Of a stretch of 64,000 nt of DNA, positions 62,513 to 64,000 are shown in pieces (the first letter of the stretch is position 1; every line of letters starts with the position of its first letter). The translations under genes and the position numbers were made by a program. The notes beneath the pieces were generated by a model. That model saw nothing but the letters and a program-made list of their open reading frames with translations, made no database searches and was not told the origin of the DNA. The stretch comes from an uncultured Verrucomicrobiae bacterium (GTDB taxonomy: Bacteria; Verrucomicrobiota; Verrucomicrobiia; Limisphaerales; Palsa-1400), in the NCBI GenBank assembly GCA_963702845.1, contig OY969763.1, forward strand, positions 4,736,001-4,800,000, written 5' to 3'.

Positions 62513-62890
62513 GTGAATCTACTATCAAAAAAGACTACTCGGTTCGCTGGCTTTACGCTGGTGGAAATCATGATTGTCGTCGCCATCATCGGATTGCTCG
62601 CCGCCATCGCTGTCCCCGGTTTCTTGGGCGCGCGCGCTCGTGCCCAGGAGAGTACCTGTCTTGACCACCTGCGCCTGATCGACGGTGCCAAACAGCAATG
62701 GGCACTCGAAAACCATGCTGATTCCACTATGACCCCGACTGGCCCGCAACTTCGGCCTTATCTTGGCCGTGCGTCTGGTGTTTTGCCTATTTGCCCTGCC
62801 GATCCGGCTCAAACGTTTGCGACGAGCTATAACATCAACGACATGTCGACTACTCCGACTTGCCAGGTTCTGCCCACGCACTTGCCGTAA
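62513..62890 (+). CDS. Short pilin-like prepilin protein
   Basis: GFTLVEIMIVVAIIGLLAAIAVP, C...LR.IDGAKQQWALE and C-terminal Cys pair; start approximate. Confidence 0.85.
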   Translation: MNLLSKKTTRFAGFTLVEIMIVVAIIGLLAAIAVPGFLGARARAQESTCLDHLRLIDGAKQQWALENHADSTMTPTGPQLRPYLGRASGVLPICPADPAQTFATSYNINDMSTTPTCQVLPTHLP

Positions 62891-62976
62891 GTTTTTTCTT
62901 GGACCGGGCATTCGTCTCAACCCAGCGCAGATCCATCTGTAGAATTACTCCCTGTCCTCCTTCGTTTTATACTAAT

Positions 62977-63369
62977 TCAAGCCGCATCGCCTGACATCAG
63001 CTCACCAATGGCGCTGTGCAATATTGAGGGTGAGTAGGGCTTCGGCAAAAACCGATTTACTTTCGTAGGGTCGTTGAAGATTGAGTTTGGCTCGACCGTT
63101 CCGCTGACCATGATCGTTTTCAGATTTGGCTGCAGGCGTCGACATTCACGAATCAACTCCAGCCCATTCATCTGCGGCATATCAAAATCCGTCATCAAAA
63201 TATCGGGAATTGGTGCGCCCAGTTCAATCGCGGCGATCACATCAAGTGGATTATTAAACCCGCGCACAGCATAGCCGGCGGCCTCAAGACCGAGCTTGGC
63301 GAGGTCGACCAACGCGGGTTTGTCGTCGACCACGTATACTAAGCATTTTGTCCCGGGCGTCTGTCCCAT
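62977..63369 (-). CDS. Single-domain response regulator
   Basis: VVDDK, TDFDMPQMNG, SG, LPKPY motifs. Confidence 0.88.
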   Translation of the reverse strand: MGQTPGTKCLVYVVDDKPALVDLAKLGLEAAGYAVRGFNNPLDVIAAIELGAPIPDILMTDFDMPQMNGLELIRECRRLQPNLKTIMVSGTVEPNSIFNDPTKVNRFLPKPYSPSILHSAIGELMSGDAA

Positions 63370-63678
63370 CGGGCCGATTAAACCCCGACTGTCAATTATA
63401 ATCAACAATTCAATTCGAACTCTTTTTGACCCCAGGTTCAGCACAAAAAGTCGGCGACGGTCGGAAAAAAACACTTTTTATCTGACGTGATAAAAAAAGC
63501 GAAAAACAACCCATCCGCCCCCATCCATTTTCAGTTACCACCCTTATTTTACGGCCCTTTTGCACGTTTTTCATGCACCTCAACAAAGCCATCGGCATTA
63601 CAATTTCACCCATCCCGAGACATCTCGTGCCAAGAATTACTTTTCAACCACTCGAAAGTGGGGTTAATTTCTTTTCCA

Positions 63679-64000
63679 ATGACAGACTTGGGAGAACGCG
63701 TCCTGAAAGGCATCCCTGTCTCTGCCGGGGTGTGCCACGGGAAGGTCTTTGTCTTGAGGAAAACCGAACTCGCCATTCCCCAGACGCCTATTCCCGAATC
63801 CGACATCCCCCACCAGATCCATCGCTTTGAGCAGGCGTTAGTGGCAACGCGACAGGAAATTCTCGACGTCCAAAAACAGGTCAACACCGCCCTCGGAGCC
63901 AAAGACGCCAGTATTTTCGAAGCCCACCTCCTGGTCCTCGAAGACCCGACACTAATCGAATCGGTCACTAATTTAATCCAGCAAAAGAAGATCGCAGCAG
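63679..64000 (+). CDS. ptsI: Phosphoenolpyruvate-protein phosphotransferase (PTS enzyme I), 3'-truncated by window
   Basis: Not in the ORF track; translates MTDLGERVLKGIPVSAGVCHGK...RFEQAL...ASIFEAHLLVLEDPTL. Confidence 0.9.
   Translation, partial: MTDLGERVLKGIPVSAGVCHGKVFVLRKTELAIPQTPIPESDIPHQIHRFEQALVATRQEILDVQKQVNTALGAKDASIFEAHLLVLEDPTLIESVTNLIQQKKIAA

Overview
Bacterial chromosomal segment, most likely from a Verrucomicrobiota member (Pedosphaera/Limisphaera-like). This is inferred from the VPDxG-CTERM protein, four prepilin-type genes, three sulfatases and GTAG-type palindromic repeats. Housekeeping genes: rplU-rpmA, tRNA-Ala(GGC), argS, PTS IIA, gltBD, aroB, trpG/pabA, thiD, pyrE, ubiD-family, eukaryote-type hisA and partial ptsI. 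Secreted glycan/sulfate-degrading proteins are interspersed. Highlights: (1) a compact type VII secretion-like operon at 56893-61822, with WXG100-fold proteins carrying W-x-D motifs and a ~1290-aa membrane FtsK/EccC-like ATPase whose frame is broken by six apparent 1-nt insertions, in a likely diderm host; (2) a motif-intact, orphan Mu-like terminase small+large pair at 17165-19668 with no other phage gene, carrying an in-frame palindromic repeat; (3) a repeat-rich accessory island at ~10.1-17.1 kb with 40-bp direct repeats bordering foreign-looking cassettes (DUF1444-like, HEPN-like) and a repeat-flanked four-helix-bundle gene; (4) an exact 18-bp micro-element present three times, twice nested in other repeats; (5) a candidate GGA-rich structured small RNA at ~31.6-31.77 kb. 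About ten single-base frameshifts suggest residual long-read errors. All family assignments are from motif recognition by eye; no searches were run.
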